From Candidatus Competibacteraceae bacterium (GTDB taxonomy: Bacteria; Bacteroidota; Bacteroidia; CAIKAF01), in the NCBI GenBank assembly GCA_014879445.1, contig JACSSC010000032.1:75164-139163 (forward strand): 64,000 bases of DNA, in the 5' to 3' direction. Below the pieces are notes generated by a model. The model saw only the letters and a list, made by a program, of their open reading frames with translations. It was not told the origin of the DNA and searched no databases. Both the position numbers and the translations under genes were made by a program. Each line of letters begins with the position of its first letter. Positions within the stretch are counted from its first letter, which is position 1. Of the stretch, positions 20,342 through 29,532 are shown piece by piece.

Positions 20342-23300
20342 GTTGTGTAGTAATTTCTTCCACATAGCTGATGGCATTATTCGGGCAAACATCTATACAA
20401 AGCCCACAATGTGTGCATTTCTGATAGTCAATTTCAATTTTCCCATTTACTTTAATCATAGCAGGGCATCCGAAATTATCTATGCAATGATTACATTTGG
20501 CACAATGCTGAAACAAGTCAATGGATTGAATCCATTCCAGCAATTGGCTGTCAGACACATCTAAGTTTTTAGGGCGCGAAAATTGCTCGATGTCTTGATT
20601 GAGATTATCTAATCCTCTTTGGCCTTCATATTCGTATTGATATCCTTCCAGCATGCGTCGAACTCCGTTGGCGGCTCGCTTCCCCGAAGATATTGCTCCA
20701 ATTACACTTTGGTGATTTCCTTTACAGATATCCCCTGCTGCAAAAATTCGGTCGAATCCTGTATATCCATCTACTGGATTAACATCTAACAATTCATCAT
20801 GTTCATCACTATATGAAGACATGAATGACTTCATGTGTGATGTTTGGCCAATTGCTGTTATGATATGTTGAACAATAATGAATATATTTTTCTTTCCATC
20901 AACGGATTGAATGCTGCATTGTATATCACCATTTTGTGATTGACACTGTTGCAATATGCATCCATTATATATTTCAATACCTTCATGCAAGGCGTGTTCA
21001 ACTTCCTCCTCAAATGCCGGCATTTTTTCTCTTTCTTCAATACAAACCATCAGTACACGATTTGTTGTATTTAGTTTCTTTGCGGCACGAGCTGCATCAA
21101 CCGCGCTATTTCCACCGCCAATAACAAGAAACGAATCAGAGGCATCAAATAAAACTTCTCCGAGATTCACTTTTTTCAGAAAATCAATGGCAGAATGTTT
21201 TTGGTGATTGGGCACATGATTTTCTACTATGTCTAATGTTCTTGGCGTCCATAATCCGGTAGATAAGATGACCGCATGATAAGTATCAGATAGCTGCTTT
21301 AAATGAATATCTTTCCCTAAGATAGAATTTCCAAAGAATCCGGCCCCCAATTGTTGTGGAATGCTTGCTTCAAAATCAAGGCCTGACTTATCCATTCTAA
21401 AATATGGAATAATATATTTCAACATGCCGCCTGGTGCTGATTCCTTATCATACAAATCCACCTCATAGCCCACCTTCAGCAAGTCGTATGCTGCACTCAG
21501 ACCGGCAGGCCCTGCGCCAATCACAGCTACTTTTTTATTAGGTTTTTTCGAATTTTCTCGTTGAGAAATGGATTCACTAATGTCTGTAAAATTATCGTCG
21601 AATGAAGAAACAAAATGTTTCATTTTTTTTATGGGAGCCACGATAGGTTGTTGCGACAAAACTTCACATGGACGATGACAAATGTTGCCACAAGTGCGTG
21701 AAAACAACATTTTATCCCTAACCATTTTCACGGCATCCTTATAGTTGCCCTCAGCAACCGATTGAAAGAATCCATGATTGCATATATTGGCGGGGCATCG
21801 TTGTTCTAATGCCGGTATATGATAATCGGATGATAGTTTTCTTTTGGCTCTCGACAAGTTAGATTGCGCCGAATGACATCGAGAACAAGGCAACAACATA
21901 TCATCATGATTGCCACAAGTATTGCACTTTGTATGATCTACAACAACTTTTCTTCTAATTATTGAACCCTCTTTAAATTCAGGAAGAAAAATGCAAGGTG
22001 CTTTTGAAATAAGCACTGATATACCATCTGCCTGCATGGCATTTAGTATTTTTTTGTGTGTATCTTTCAGATCAAATGGATACATGGTTTCGGCATACGC
22101 CACGCCCATTCCTTGCACTAAAGACAAGATATCAATCTGTTTATATCTCGACAAATGCGTAGCTCCCGGATGGTCTTGATGACCGGTCATGCCAATGGTT
22201 CGATTATCAAAGATGATAACAAGGGCTTGTGCCTTGGTGTATATTGCATTGAGTAGCGCTGTAACGCCTGAATGAAAAAATGTGCCATCACCAAGCATGG
22301 CAATCGTTTTCCCTTTTGTTTGCTGTAATTTCAACGCTTCTGATAAGCCCTGTGCCATAGATATGCTCATTCCCATATGATTGATGGTGTCAACCATTTT
22401 AAGCGGAGGCAAAGCCCCAAGCCCATTGCACCCAATATCTCCACAAAGTATCACTTCTTGCAAATCTTTCGGAACAGCTAATTTAAGGGCATAATACGTG
22501 GCTCTATGCGGACATCCGGCACAAAGTGCAGGTGGGCGGGGAGGTAATTCCGACATCACGACACGGCTGTTAAGCAACCTCTTTTTGCTCTTCAATGAAC
22601 GGTCCTTTGAAAATTCATATAAAGCTGTTGTGAGCAAATCAAGAGAATATTCTCCGGTTGAACTTAGCGTTGAAAATCCTTTGCCAAAAATCTGCGACTT
22701 AATTTTATTTTTCTGAACCAATATTCTTACAGCATTTTCAATGATAGGATCAAGCTCTTCCAAAACAATAATCTTGCGAAATGAATGTTGAAAAAAATCT
22801 AATATCGCTTTCTCATTGATTGGGTGACTCATGCCTAAATCAAGAACACCATATTGTTCGCGAATCACTGAACGATGTAAAATTTCATCCACATACACCG
22901 TAGAAACTCCACTTGTAATAATACCCCAATTGGCTTCTTTAGGGGTCAAAGAACGTGTATATTTCTGGTTGAAAGCAAACACTTCATCTGAATGAAGTTT
23001 GCCGATTAATTTTCCATGAGCAACAGCCGTACGTGCTGGAATGTTAATATGCTCAGGCATCCGTCGAAAAAGCGCCTTCCTGTGCTCCTCATCAATAGCA
23101 CCATATTGCAACATGCCTCTTGTATGCGAAACACGGGTAGTGAGCCGAACAATTACAGGCAGTTTTATTTGTTTTGAAAGTTCAAAAGCAGCTTTAGTTT
23201 GCGCCAAAGCCTGTGCTGGTGTTGATGGATTAAATACCGGCACGCTGGCCATCATTCCCCAGTATCTTGAATCTTGTTCATTGGAACTGGAGTGGCAGCC

Positions 23301-23714
23301 CGGATCATCACAAATAATAATAACCAAAGCGCCTAATATGGTTTGATATGTAATACTCATCAGCGCATCGCTGGCTACATTCATTCCAACATTCTTCATC
23401 ACACAAAGTGCGTTTTGGTTGCCAATGGCATACGCAATGGCTTTTTCTAATGCAATTTTTTCATTGATGCTGTATTCGAAGTAAACACGATGAGCTGTTT
23501 GTTGTGGATATTGGGATAAATTGGCATCATTTGATTGAAACTCGCTGACATAATTAAACACCTCGGAAATTTCAGTGGATGGGGTGCCTGGATAAGAGAA
23601 TACCCCCGAGACGCCGGCTTCAATAGCACCACGGGCGACTGCTACATTGCCCATTACACTTCGCTTTTGTGGCTTGTCGTAATGTGATAATATATCAATG
23701 GTTTGCTTAAGCAC
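20334..23714 (-). CDS. Fusion protein: IorA-like TPP-dependent 2-oxoacid:ferredoxin oxidoreductase alpha (N-terminal ~640 aa) + GltD/NfnB-like FAD/NAD(P)H oxidoreductase + C-terminal 4Fe-4S ferredoxin domain
   Basis: N-terminal VARGAIEAGVSGVFSYPGTPSTEI. TPP motif GDIGCNGLGALPP. Cys clusters CAGCPHR and CNTCGNH. Two Rossmann motifs, KVAVIGAGPAGLSAAYDL and FLVIGGGNSAVDAARAA. Terminal CTHCGLCIDVCP. One uninterrupted 1126-aa ORF. Confidence 0.8.
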   Translation of the reverse strand: MLKQTIDILSHYDKPQKRSVMGNVAVARGAIEAGVSGVFSYPGTPSTEISEVFNYVSEFQSNDANLSQYPQQTAHRVYFEYSINEKIALEKAIAYAIGNQNALCVMKNVGMNVASDALMSITYQTILGALVIIICDDPGCHSSSNEQDSRYWGMMASVPVFNPSTPAQALAQTKAAFELSKQIKLPVIVRLTTRVSHTRGMLQYGAIDEEHRKALFRRMPEHINIPARTAVAHGKLIGKLHSDEVFAFNQKYTRSLTPKEANWGIITSGVSTVYVDEILHRSVIREQYGVLDLGMSHPINEKAILDFFQHSFRKIIVLEELDPIIENAVRILVQKNKIKSQIFGKGFSTLSSTGEYSLDLLTTALYEFSKDRSLKSKKRLLNSRVVMSELPPRPPALCAGCPHRATYYALKLAVPKDLQEVILCGDIGCNGLGALPPLKMVDTINHMGMSISMAQGLSEALKLQQTKGKTIAMLGDGTFFHSGVTALLNAIYTKAQALVIIFDNRTIGMTGHQDHPGATHLSRYKQIDILSLVQGMGVAYAETMYPFDLKDTHKKILNAMQADGISVLISKAPCIFLPEFKEGSIIRRKVVVDHTKCNTCGNHDDMLLPCSRCHSAQSNLSRAKRKLSSDYHIPALEQRCPANICNHGFFQSVAEGNYKDAVKMVRDKMLFSRTCGNICHRPCEVLSQQPIVAPIKKMKHFVSSFDDNFTDISESISQRENSKKPNKKVAVIGAGPAGLSAAYDLLKVGYEVDLYDKESAPGGMLKYIIPYFRMDKSGLDFEASIPQQLGAGFFGNSILGKDIHLKQLSDTYHAVILSTGLWTPRTLDIVENHVPNHQKHSAIDFLKKVNLGEVLFDASDSFLVIGGGNSAVDAARAAKKLNTTNRVLMVCIEEREKMPAFEEEVEHALHEGIEIYNGCILQQCQSQNGDIQCSIQSVDGKKNIFIIVQHIITAIGQTSHMKSFMSSYSDEHDELLDVNPVDGYTGFDRIFAAGDICKGNHQSVIGAISSGKRAANGVRRMLEGYQYEYEGQRGLDNLNQDIEQFSRPKNLDVSDSQLLEWIQSIDLFQHCAKCNHCIDNFGCPAMIKVNGKIEIDYQKCTHCGLCIDVCPNNAISYVEEITTQHG

Positions 23715-23716
23715 GT

Positions 23717-24919
23717 TTAAATAATCTTATTATCTGTCAGTTCTTTTATCTCATGTTTATCTATTCCGCACGCTGTATATATTTCTTGATTGTGCTCTCC
23801 CAAGCGTGGCGAACAGGATAACATATACTGATGCTGCTCTAAAAATGAAGTATCATAAGAAGGAGGCGAAAGTACAGCAACTGTGCCATTGGGAAGTTGT
23901 GTTTTCATTGCATGGTTTTTCACAAAATCCAATCCGGCCACCTCTCTGATCGAATGAACAGGTGCTACGGATAAATTCATAGAAAGGCACAATTCAACAA
24001 AATCTACAGTTGAATATTGTTTTGTAATATGTCCAATTTCTTGATAAATCGTATCCTTTTCTTTCATTCTTCCGGCATTGGTTTTTCTGTTTTCAGAATA
24101 TAATGATTCAAAACCAGGTCTTGAGACAAACTTTGACCATTGAATATCATTACCAATTGCTAAGTACACATAGCCGTCCATTGTTGGATATGCATTACAG
24201 GGAATAAAACTCCTATGTTCGTTACCGCTGCGAGTAAAAAGTTCATCTTCGCTTTCAACAAAGTTCAATTGGGGCAAAGCCGTCATCAACCAGCTGGCAG
24301 CACATTGCGCCATCGAAATATGAATTTCTTTTTTCTCTCCAATTAGCATAGCAAGAAGTACTTGCGTAAATGCTTCATCTCCTGCTTTAAGGTCAATGAT
24401 GGGAATACCGCATGGAACGGGCTTGCCTTCCGCTTCGCCTGTAAGATAAGTAAATCCGGTTAAGGCCTGTAGCGCGGGATCGTATCCTGCTCTGTCTGGA
24501 TGGGTCGGCCCCATTGCAGAAATGCTGCACCAAATCAATTGAGGATTGGCCTGCTTTAGGGTTGCATAATCAATACCAAGCTGGGCATGTCTTTTAGGAA
24601 GCGTATTGCACATAAATACATCAACGCCCAACTCTTTGATGATGCGAAGCAGTAATTGTCTTCCTTCTGAGGTCTTAAGATTTAATGTGATGGCCTCTTT
24701 GCCTACATTGGGTGCAATATAATATGAATGCAAATCAGGATATCCCAAATCTGCTCCAATATAACGATTGGGATCGCCTGCATTTTCTCCTTCTTCGGCA
24801 GGCGATTCTATGCGTATAACCCGCCATCCTAATTGCACAAAACGTTGGGTGGCATACGGCAATGCTAATGCTTGTTCAAGCGTAAGTATGGTTTTTCTCT
24901 TATCCATTCTTGTTAGCAT
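23717..24919 (-). CDS. Family III CoA-transferase (CaiB/BaiF/Frc family)
   Basis: 400 aa. N-terminal RVIRIESP...GDPNRY motif region typical of the family. First gene of the cluster. Confidence 0.85.
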   Translation of the reverse strand: MLTRMDKRKTILTLEQALALPYATQRFVQLGWRVIRIESPAEEGENAGDPNRYIGADLGYPDLHSYYIAPNVGKEAITLNLKTSEGRQLLLRIIKELGVDVFMCNTLPKRHAQLGIDYATLKQANPQLIWCSISAMGPTHPDRAGYDPALQALTGFTYLTGEAEGKPVPCGIPIIDLKAGDEAFTQVLLAMLIGEKKEIHISMAQCAASWLMTALPQLNFVESEDELFTRSGNEHRSFIPCNAYPTMDGYVYLAIGNDIQWSKFVSRPGFESLYSENRKTNAGRMKEKDTIYQEIGHITKQYSTVDFVELCLSMNLSVAPVHSIREVAGLDFVKNHAMKTQLPNGTVAVLSPPSYDTSFLEQHQYMLSCSPRLGEHNQEIYTACGIDKHEIKELTDNKII

Positions 24920-25231
24920 TTTTAAAATCTGATATTCCTAAACGAATGTTTTGTTCTATAAAAGATCTTTTATACTCAAAAACATCTAACAGATATTCCT
25001 TTGGACTCATAGTAGCATTACAACTGGTTGTGAAAAACTCAATGAGAACAAATATAAAAACAAATTTGAATTACCAAAGATGATACGCATAACACAATGC
25101 ATCATTATGAAATTTAGCATATTGCATATTTCGCATACTAAGAGAATGCCCCCATTATTAGTGGCAAAATACCAATTTATTATCTTCATTATTTCTAATG
25201 AATAATCGTTTTAAATAATAAATTTATAATT

Positions 25232-26860
25232 TTGGTAGCAAACAAAAATCCTATGAATTCAATTTCCCGTTCATTAGCTTCTTTATTATTTGTTTGTGTT
25301 TGTTTGCAAAATGCATCTGCGCAAATTTTCACAAACTCTTCTCTCAATAATTTTACAAATACTACTGCATATTCAACTAATTTTACGGTTTCCGGCCTAG
25401 CACCCGGAAAAATCTTAAGACAAGTTACTTTAAGGTTTGGAGACGGAGCTATGTATTCAGGCGAATTAGCTAACGCCACTATTACCTTAAGAGACCCTGC
25501 AGGCAATACTCGTACACTGATTAATCCTTCAAATTTTACCACAACAACAGATGCAGAACGCAGATATGTGAACATCACATTACGCGAACATTCAAGTTTA
25601 TACACACCTGCTGCATATGTTACTGCTTCTGGCAATACAATATCCAATTCATATCCGATGAATTATGGATACTGGAGGTCAGTAGATCCGTTTACTTTCT
25701 CCGGTAGTTTTAATGGCACCTGGACATTGACCATTCAATATAGTTCTTTGTCCACAACATATCCAAGAAAATATATAAGCTCTTCGATTGAGTTTGGTGA
25801 CAGTTTTGTATTCGAAGATATTCGTGTAACCAAACCCAATCAATCATGTGCCACACGAAAATGTATCGAAACAGGCACTGTGTATTTGGGCACGAATACG
25901 GGTTATCCCAATGGGCAGTTATTCCCATTGAATATTGGTGGTTGTACATGGAATAGCGATAATAATAACGCTGCTTGGTTCTCATTCATTGCTTCGAGTT
26001 CAACGGTTGAGTTATCAATATCCGGTCTCAGCAGAAGATTGCAATCGGTTGTTGCCACTTCATCCAACTGCTCTACTTTTAGTTTGGCTACAGGAGGGTG
26101 TCCAAGTACTATGTTTAGTGGTACACCAAATTTTACTCGCTATTATAGATTTTCATATACAGCTGGCAATGGATTCTCCATGAATCATGCATATACTCTC
26201 ACCGGATTAACAATTGGCCAAGAATATATTCTCATCTTGGATGGAGAAGCAGCAGTTGCATCCGACTTCTATATTGAAATTATAAGTGGTGCTGATGGGG
26301 GTTGCACGCCGCCCTTACCTATAGTACTTCATAATTTTGTTGCCAACTGCCAAAACAACAGAGTTGATATTCATTGGACTACTGCATCAGAAATTAACAC
26401 AAAACAATATGTGCTGAAACGCTCTTCGGATGGATTGTTGTGGGAAGAAGTAAATACTATTAATGCAAACGGCAACTCTTCAGTATTACGACAATACAAC
26501 ACCAGCGATATCGTGAAAGAGGATCTCATTTATTATAAGTTGATTTCTGAAGATTATGATGGGCATTTAGAAGAATATGGGCCCATTTCAGTAACATGCA
26601 AAGCATCGGATTATCAGTGGAATATTTGGCCTGTACCCGTTACTGATTATGCCCAAATTAATATTTTCGCCAAACAAAATCAAAAGGAATTTTTAATCGT
26701 ATCAGACATACATGGCAAGATTATGCTGGAATATTCAGTTGAATTATTTGAAGGTTCTAATTTGTTTATGTTGGATTTTTCTAAACTATCGCCTGGAATT
26801 TATCATATAAAAACAAAACTTTCAGACACTTATCTCCCTTTGAAATTTAGTAAATTATAA
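25232..26860 (+). CDS. Secreted protein with a proprotein-convertase P-domain-like N-terminal region and a T9SS type A C-terminal sorting domain
   Basis: Signal peptide SLASLLFVCVCLQNASAQ; the start may be the Met at 25253. C-terminal ~80 aa (WNIWPVPVTDYAQINIF...GIYHIKTKLSD) fits the Por/T9SS CTD. The N-terminus has a P-domain-like segment (ATITLRDPAGNTRTLIN). Confidence 0.65.
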   Translation: MVANKNPMNSISRSLASLLFVCVCLQNASAQIFTNSSLNNFTNTTAYSTNFTVSGLAPGKILRQVTLRFGDGAMYSGELANATITLRDPAGNTRTLINPSNFTTTTDAERRYVNITLREHSSLYTPAAYVTASGNTISNSYPMNYGYWRSVDPFTFSGSFNGTWTLTIQYSSLSTTYPRKYISSSIEFGDSFVFEDIRVTKPNQSCATRKCIETGTVYLGTNTGYPNGQLFPLNIGGCTWNSDNNNAAWFSFIASSSTVELSISGLSRRLQSVVATSSNCSTFSLATGGCPSTMFSGTPNFTRYYRFSYTAGNGFSMNHAYTLTGLTIGQEYILILDGEAAVASDFYIEIISGADGGCTPPLPIVLHNFVANCQNNRVDIHWTTASEINTKQYVLKRSSDGLLWEEVNTINANGNSSVLRQYNTSDIVKEDLIYYKLISEDYDGHLEEYGPISVTCKASDYQWNIWPVPVTDYAQINIFAKQNQKEFLIVSDIHGKIMLEYSVELFEGSNLFMLDFSKLSPGIYHIKTKLSDTYLPLKFSKL

Positions 26861-26921
26861 GGGCTTATATAATAACATTGGACATATAAAAGGATTTTGT
26901 ACTTTTATATCATCAAATGAA

Positions 26922-27371
26922 TTGATTATGAGTGACGAAATGCAAACATACCTTATTGAAGATGATAAACCCACAAAAGCACCTACATTTATCAGGGTAT
27001 TGTTGGTCATTACCTTTATTGTTTTCGGGTTTCAATTTTTGTCATTAGGGGGTTCATGGCTTGCAAAAGAGAAACTGTATAATTTAGAAGATCAAGGTGC
27101 AGACATGACCACGCTTCTTAACATGGTTGAGAATACATCTTTCATGGTAATACATTTATTATCCATATTACTTGTAATAACCGGCGCCATATTACTATGG
27201 AAAATGAAAAAGACAGGATTTTTCGTATATATGACAGGAAAACTTATTATTCTAATTGATGTATATCTCATGGGTGTAAGTGAATTTGCAGTTACTTCTT
27301 TCCTAATAGGTTTTGTGTTTTGGGCTATTTGGCCGGTAGTGTTTGCTATTCATTTTAAGAAGTTTCATTAA
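26922..27371 (+). CDS. Hypothetical 4-TM membrane protein, paralog 1 of a tandem pair
   Basis: 149 aa. Hydrophobic helices. Shares an LLWKMKKTGFFVYMTGKLI-type segment with the downstream paralog. Confidence 0.5.
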   Translation: MIMSDEMQTYLIEDDKPTKAPTFIRVLLVITFIVFGFQFLSLGGSWLAKEKLYNLEDQGADMTTLLNMVENTSFMVIHLLSILLVITGAILLWKMKKTGFFVYMTGKLIILIDVYLMGVSEFAVTSFLIGFVFWAIWPVVFAIHFKKFH

Positions 27372-27801
27372 TATGCATCAATCACGTCCTGTTTCGCTCA
27401 CTATTCTTCTAGTTTTTGTGTGGATTAGCAAGTTGCTATTTATCGGTGGTGTTCTGTATTTTATGCATTACATATCCGGGCGAAAAGATTTTTATCTCGG
27501 TATTGGTATGCGTGACACTACATGGCAATTTTATTTGTTGCTGTCAGGCAGTTCAATTGTTTTACTTTCCACTTTTGGTATTTTTCTTTTAGGTAAAAAG
27601 GCATTTACATTTTATATGGTAGGTAAAATTATTGAACTCTTCTCCTTCATTATAATTATTCCTGTTTTTGTATCAGGTATTGGTACGGCGCTCCGTGGCA
27701 TAGACGAATCATTGTTTTTGATTTTTTCAATGATTGCGCTAATTAGTTTATGGTTGATTTTCCCAATCCTATTCTATTCTTACAAGAAACGATTTTCTTA
27801 G
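27343..27801 (+). CDS. Hypothetical 4-TM membrane protein, paralog 2 of a tandem pair
   Basis: 152 aa. Same topology as paralog 1, with the related segment FLLGKKAFTFYMVGKII. Overlaps paralog 1 by 29 nt. Confidence 0.5.
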   Translation: MLFILRSFINMHQSRPVSLTILLVFVWISKLLFIGGVLYFMHYISGRKDFYLGIGMRDTTWQFYLLLSGSSIVLLSTFGIFLLGKKAFTFYMVGKIIELFSFIIIIPVFVSGIGTALRGIDESLFLIFSMIALISLWLIFPILFYSYKKRFS

Positions 27802-27806
27802 CTTTA

Positions 27807-28235
27807 TTAATCACTAAGTTTTTTTTTCGAGAGGGGATATACATTAAATGTTCCAATTGCTTTTGCTACTAACTCTCCCGATTCTCTTTCTCTGATTTCA
27901 CCACTTGAAATAATTAAACTTTTTCCCTTGTAATCAACATGCCCATCTCCTGAAAGAACAGTGCCAAGGCATACAGGTTTAAAATAATTAATTTTAAATT
28001 CAACGGTTGATACTAGATTGTTCTCAGTAAATGCAACAGTAAGGGCTGCCGCTCCGATTAATGAATCCATCATGCCGGCAATAATACCGCCATGACAAGT
28101 GTCGGGAGAGCTTAAATGCTTTTCCAACACTTTCATTTCATAAGATACTTTGCCGGGTTCGTGAACTGTAAGAACAAGTCCATTGTCTTGTGCATACCGA
28201 TTAATCTGGTTATACACATCTACCATATTCATCAT
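27807..28235 (-). CDS. Hotdog-fold acyl-CoA thioesterase, PaaI/YbgC-like
   Basis: HGGIIAGMMDSLIGAAAL motif typical of PaaI-family thioesterases. 142 aa. Confidence 0.75.
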   Translation of the reverse strand: MMNMVDVYNQINRYAQDNGLVLTVHEPGKVSYEMKVLEKHLSSPDTCHGGIIAGMMDSLIGAAALTVAFTENNLVSTVEFKINYFKPVCLGTVLSGDGHVDYKGKSLIISSGEIRERESGELVAKAIGTFNVYPLSKKKLSD

Positions 28236-28246
28236 GTCAAATAATA

Positions 28247-29509
28247 TTATGATTCTGCCATTTTCTTTAATCCTTCAACCAACATATCCAATTCATATCT
28301 TGTAGTATATACGTTGGGTGTAATACGAATCCCATTCAGCTTTTCGTGCTTAATGGTAGTAGAATGAATGCGATAGTGCTTAAAAAGATATTGTTCTATT
28401 TCCTGCCCTTCTTTTCCTTGTATAGATAGAAATCCAATTGCACCAGACAGTTTCTCATTTTCTGGTGTTAGGATAGAGATAGTCGGAAAACCTTTCACCT
28501 GATTGGTCCAGTATTGTTTCAATTCATATAATTGTCGCTGCTTTCTTCTAATACCAATGATATTATGAAAATCAATGGCATTTCCGATAGCCAACTCAGA
28601 AGTTGATGCACGTGTGCCAAGTTCTTCAAATTTCCGAATGTTTTCGTTCTTCATGGTGGGGTCTTCAGTAAAAAAAGCCGGAACATTTTGAATTTCCGAC
28701 TTACGAATATACAGCAACCCTGTGCCAAAAGGCGCACAAAGCCACTTGTGCAAGCTGGCTCCCATATAATCAATATATCCATCAGCTAAGGAAAAATCAA
28801 TATGTGCAAAGGTGTGAGCAGCATCCAGAATAGTTTTTATTCCAGCTTTTTTCGCTTCAATGGCAATCTCTTTAATCGGCAGCATCTGTCCTACCCAGTT
28901 AATCATATGTGTAAGCTGCACGACTTTGGTTTTGGGCGTAAACAGCGAAGTGTATTTTGTTGCTATGGAAGCAGGATCGTTTTCGGGAAAGTCAAAATCA
29001 ACCCATTTTAATACAATGCCATCTCTTTTTTCTCTGGCTTTCCACGCATTCATCATACGGGGATAATCATATTTTGACAAAACCACTTCGTCGCCCTTTC
29101 TAAGAGGAATACCATGTATCACAGTCATTAAAGATTCTGTTGTATTTCTATTGATCGCCACTTCATCAGGCGAAACACGTAGCAAATCTGCAAGTTTTTT
29201 TCGAACATGTTCTTTCCCTTCATCCAAAATCCTCCACAAATAATAACTGGGCGCTTCGTTAGCCATTTCGGTATATCTGAATAATGCATCCTGCACACTT
29301 TTGGGTTGTGGGCTAACACCACCATTGTTCAAGTTAATCATATTTGATGATATCGTGTATTGAGAACGCACCCATCCCCAAAAATCATCCTCATTGGCCT
29401 GTAGTGGAAGAATCATTTTTTCCACATCTGCCCATGATGTAACATGCGTCCACACTCCTGCAGTTGTTGTCATGGCTAATTGTTTTATAAATGTTCTTCT
29501 TGGATTCAT
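28247..29509 (-). CDS. Class V aminotransferase-fold PLP enzyme (isopenicillin-N-epimerase / cysteine desulfurase-like) with twin-arginine (Tat) signal peptide
   Basis: N-terminal MNPRRTFIKQLAMTTTAGVWTHV is a Tat motif. PLP-lysine context GASLHKWLCAPFGTG. 420 aa. Confidence 0.8.
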   Translation of the reverse strand: MNPRRTFIKQLAMTTTAGVWTHVTSWADVEKMILPLQANEDDFWGWVRSQYTISSNMINLNNGGVSPQPKSVQDALFRYTEMANEAPSYYLWRILDEGKEHVRKKLADLLRVSPDEVAINRNTTESLMTVIHGIPLRKGDEVVLSKYDYPRMMNAWKAREKRDGIVLKWVDFDFPENDPASIATKYTSLFTPKTKVVQLTHMINWVGQMLPIKEIAIEAKKAGIKTILDAAHTFAHIDFSLADGYIDYMGASLHKWLCAPFGTGLLYIRKSEIQNVPAFFTEDPTMKNENIRKFEELGTRASTSELAIGNAIDFHNIIGIRRKQRQLYELKQYWTNQVKGFPTISILTPENEKLSGAIGFLSIQGKEGQEIEQYLFKHYRIHSTTIKHEKLNGIRITPNVYTTRYELDMLVEGLKKMAES

Positions 29510-29532
29510 TTAATACAATTTAGGTAAAGTTA

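Noticed and set aside
20334-20392. Apparent 59-bp overlap between iorB and the upstream fusion gene
   Set aside because: It is resolved by an internal iorB start (MDNVTK at about 20341), leaving an 8-bp overlap. The overlap is probably an ORF-caller artefact, not a real long overlap or a frameshift.
24920-25231. Possible sigma-54 promoter (TGGCA...) in the divergent intergenic region upstream of the CoA-transferase cluster
   Set aside because: The TGGCAAAATACC stretch lacks the downstream -12 TTGCW element at the correct spacing. rpoN is in the window, but the site is not a convincing -24/-12 promoter.
25195-25647. 150-aa minus-strand ORF overlapping the start of the P-domain T9SS gene
   Set aside because: It lies antisense to the signal-peptide and N-terminal coding region of a well-supported secreted protein. 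The peptide is low-complexity with no motif.
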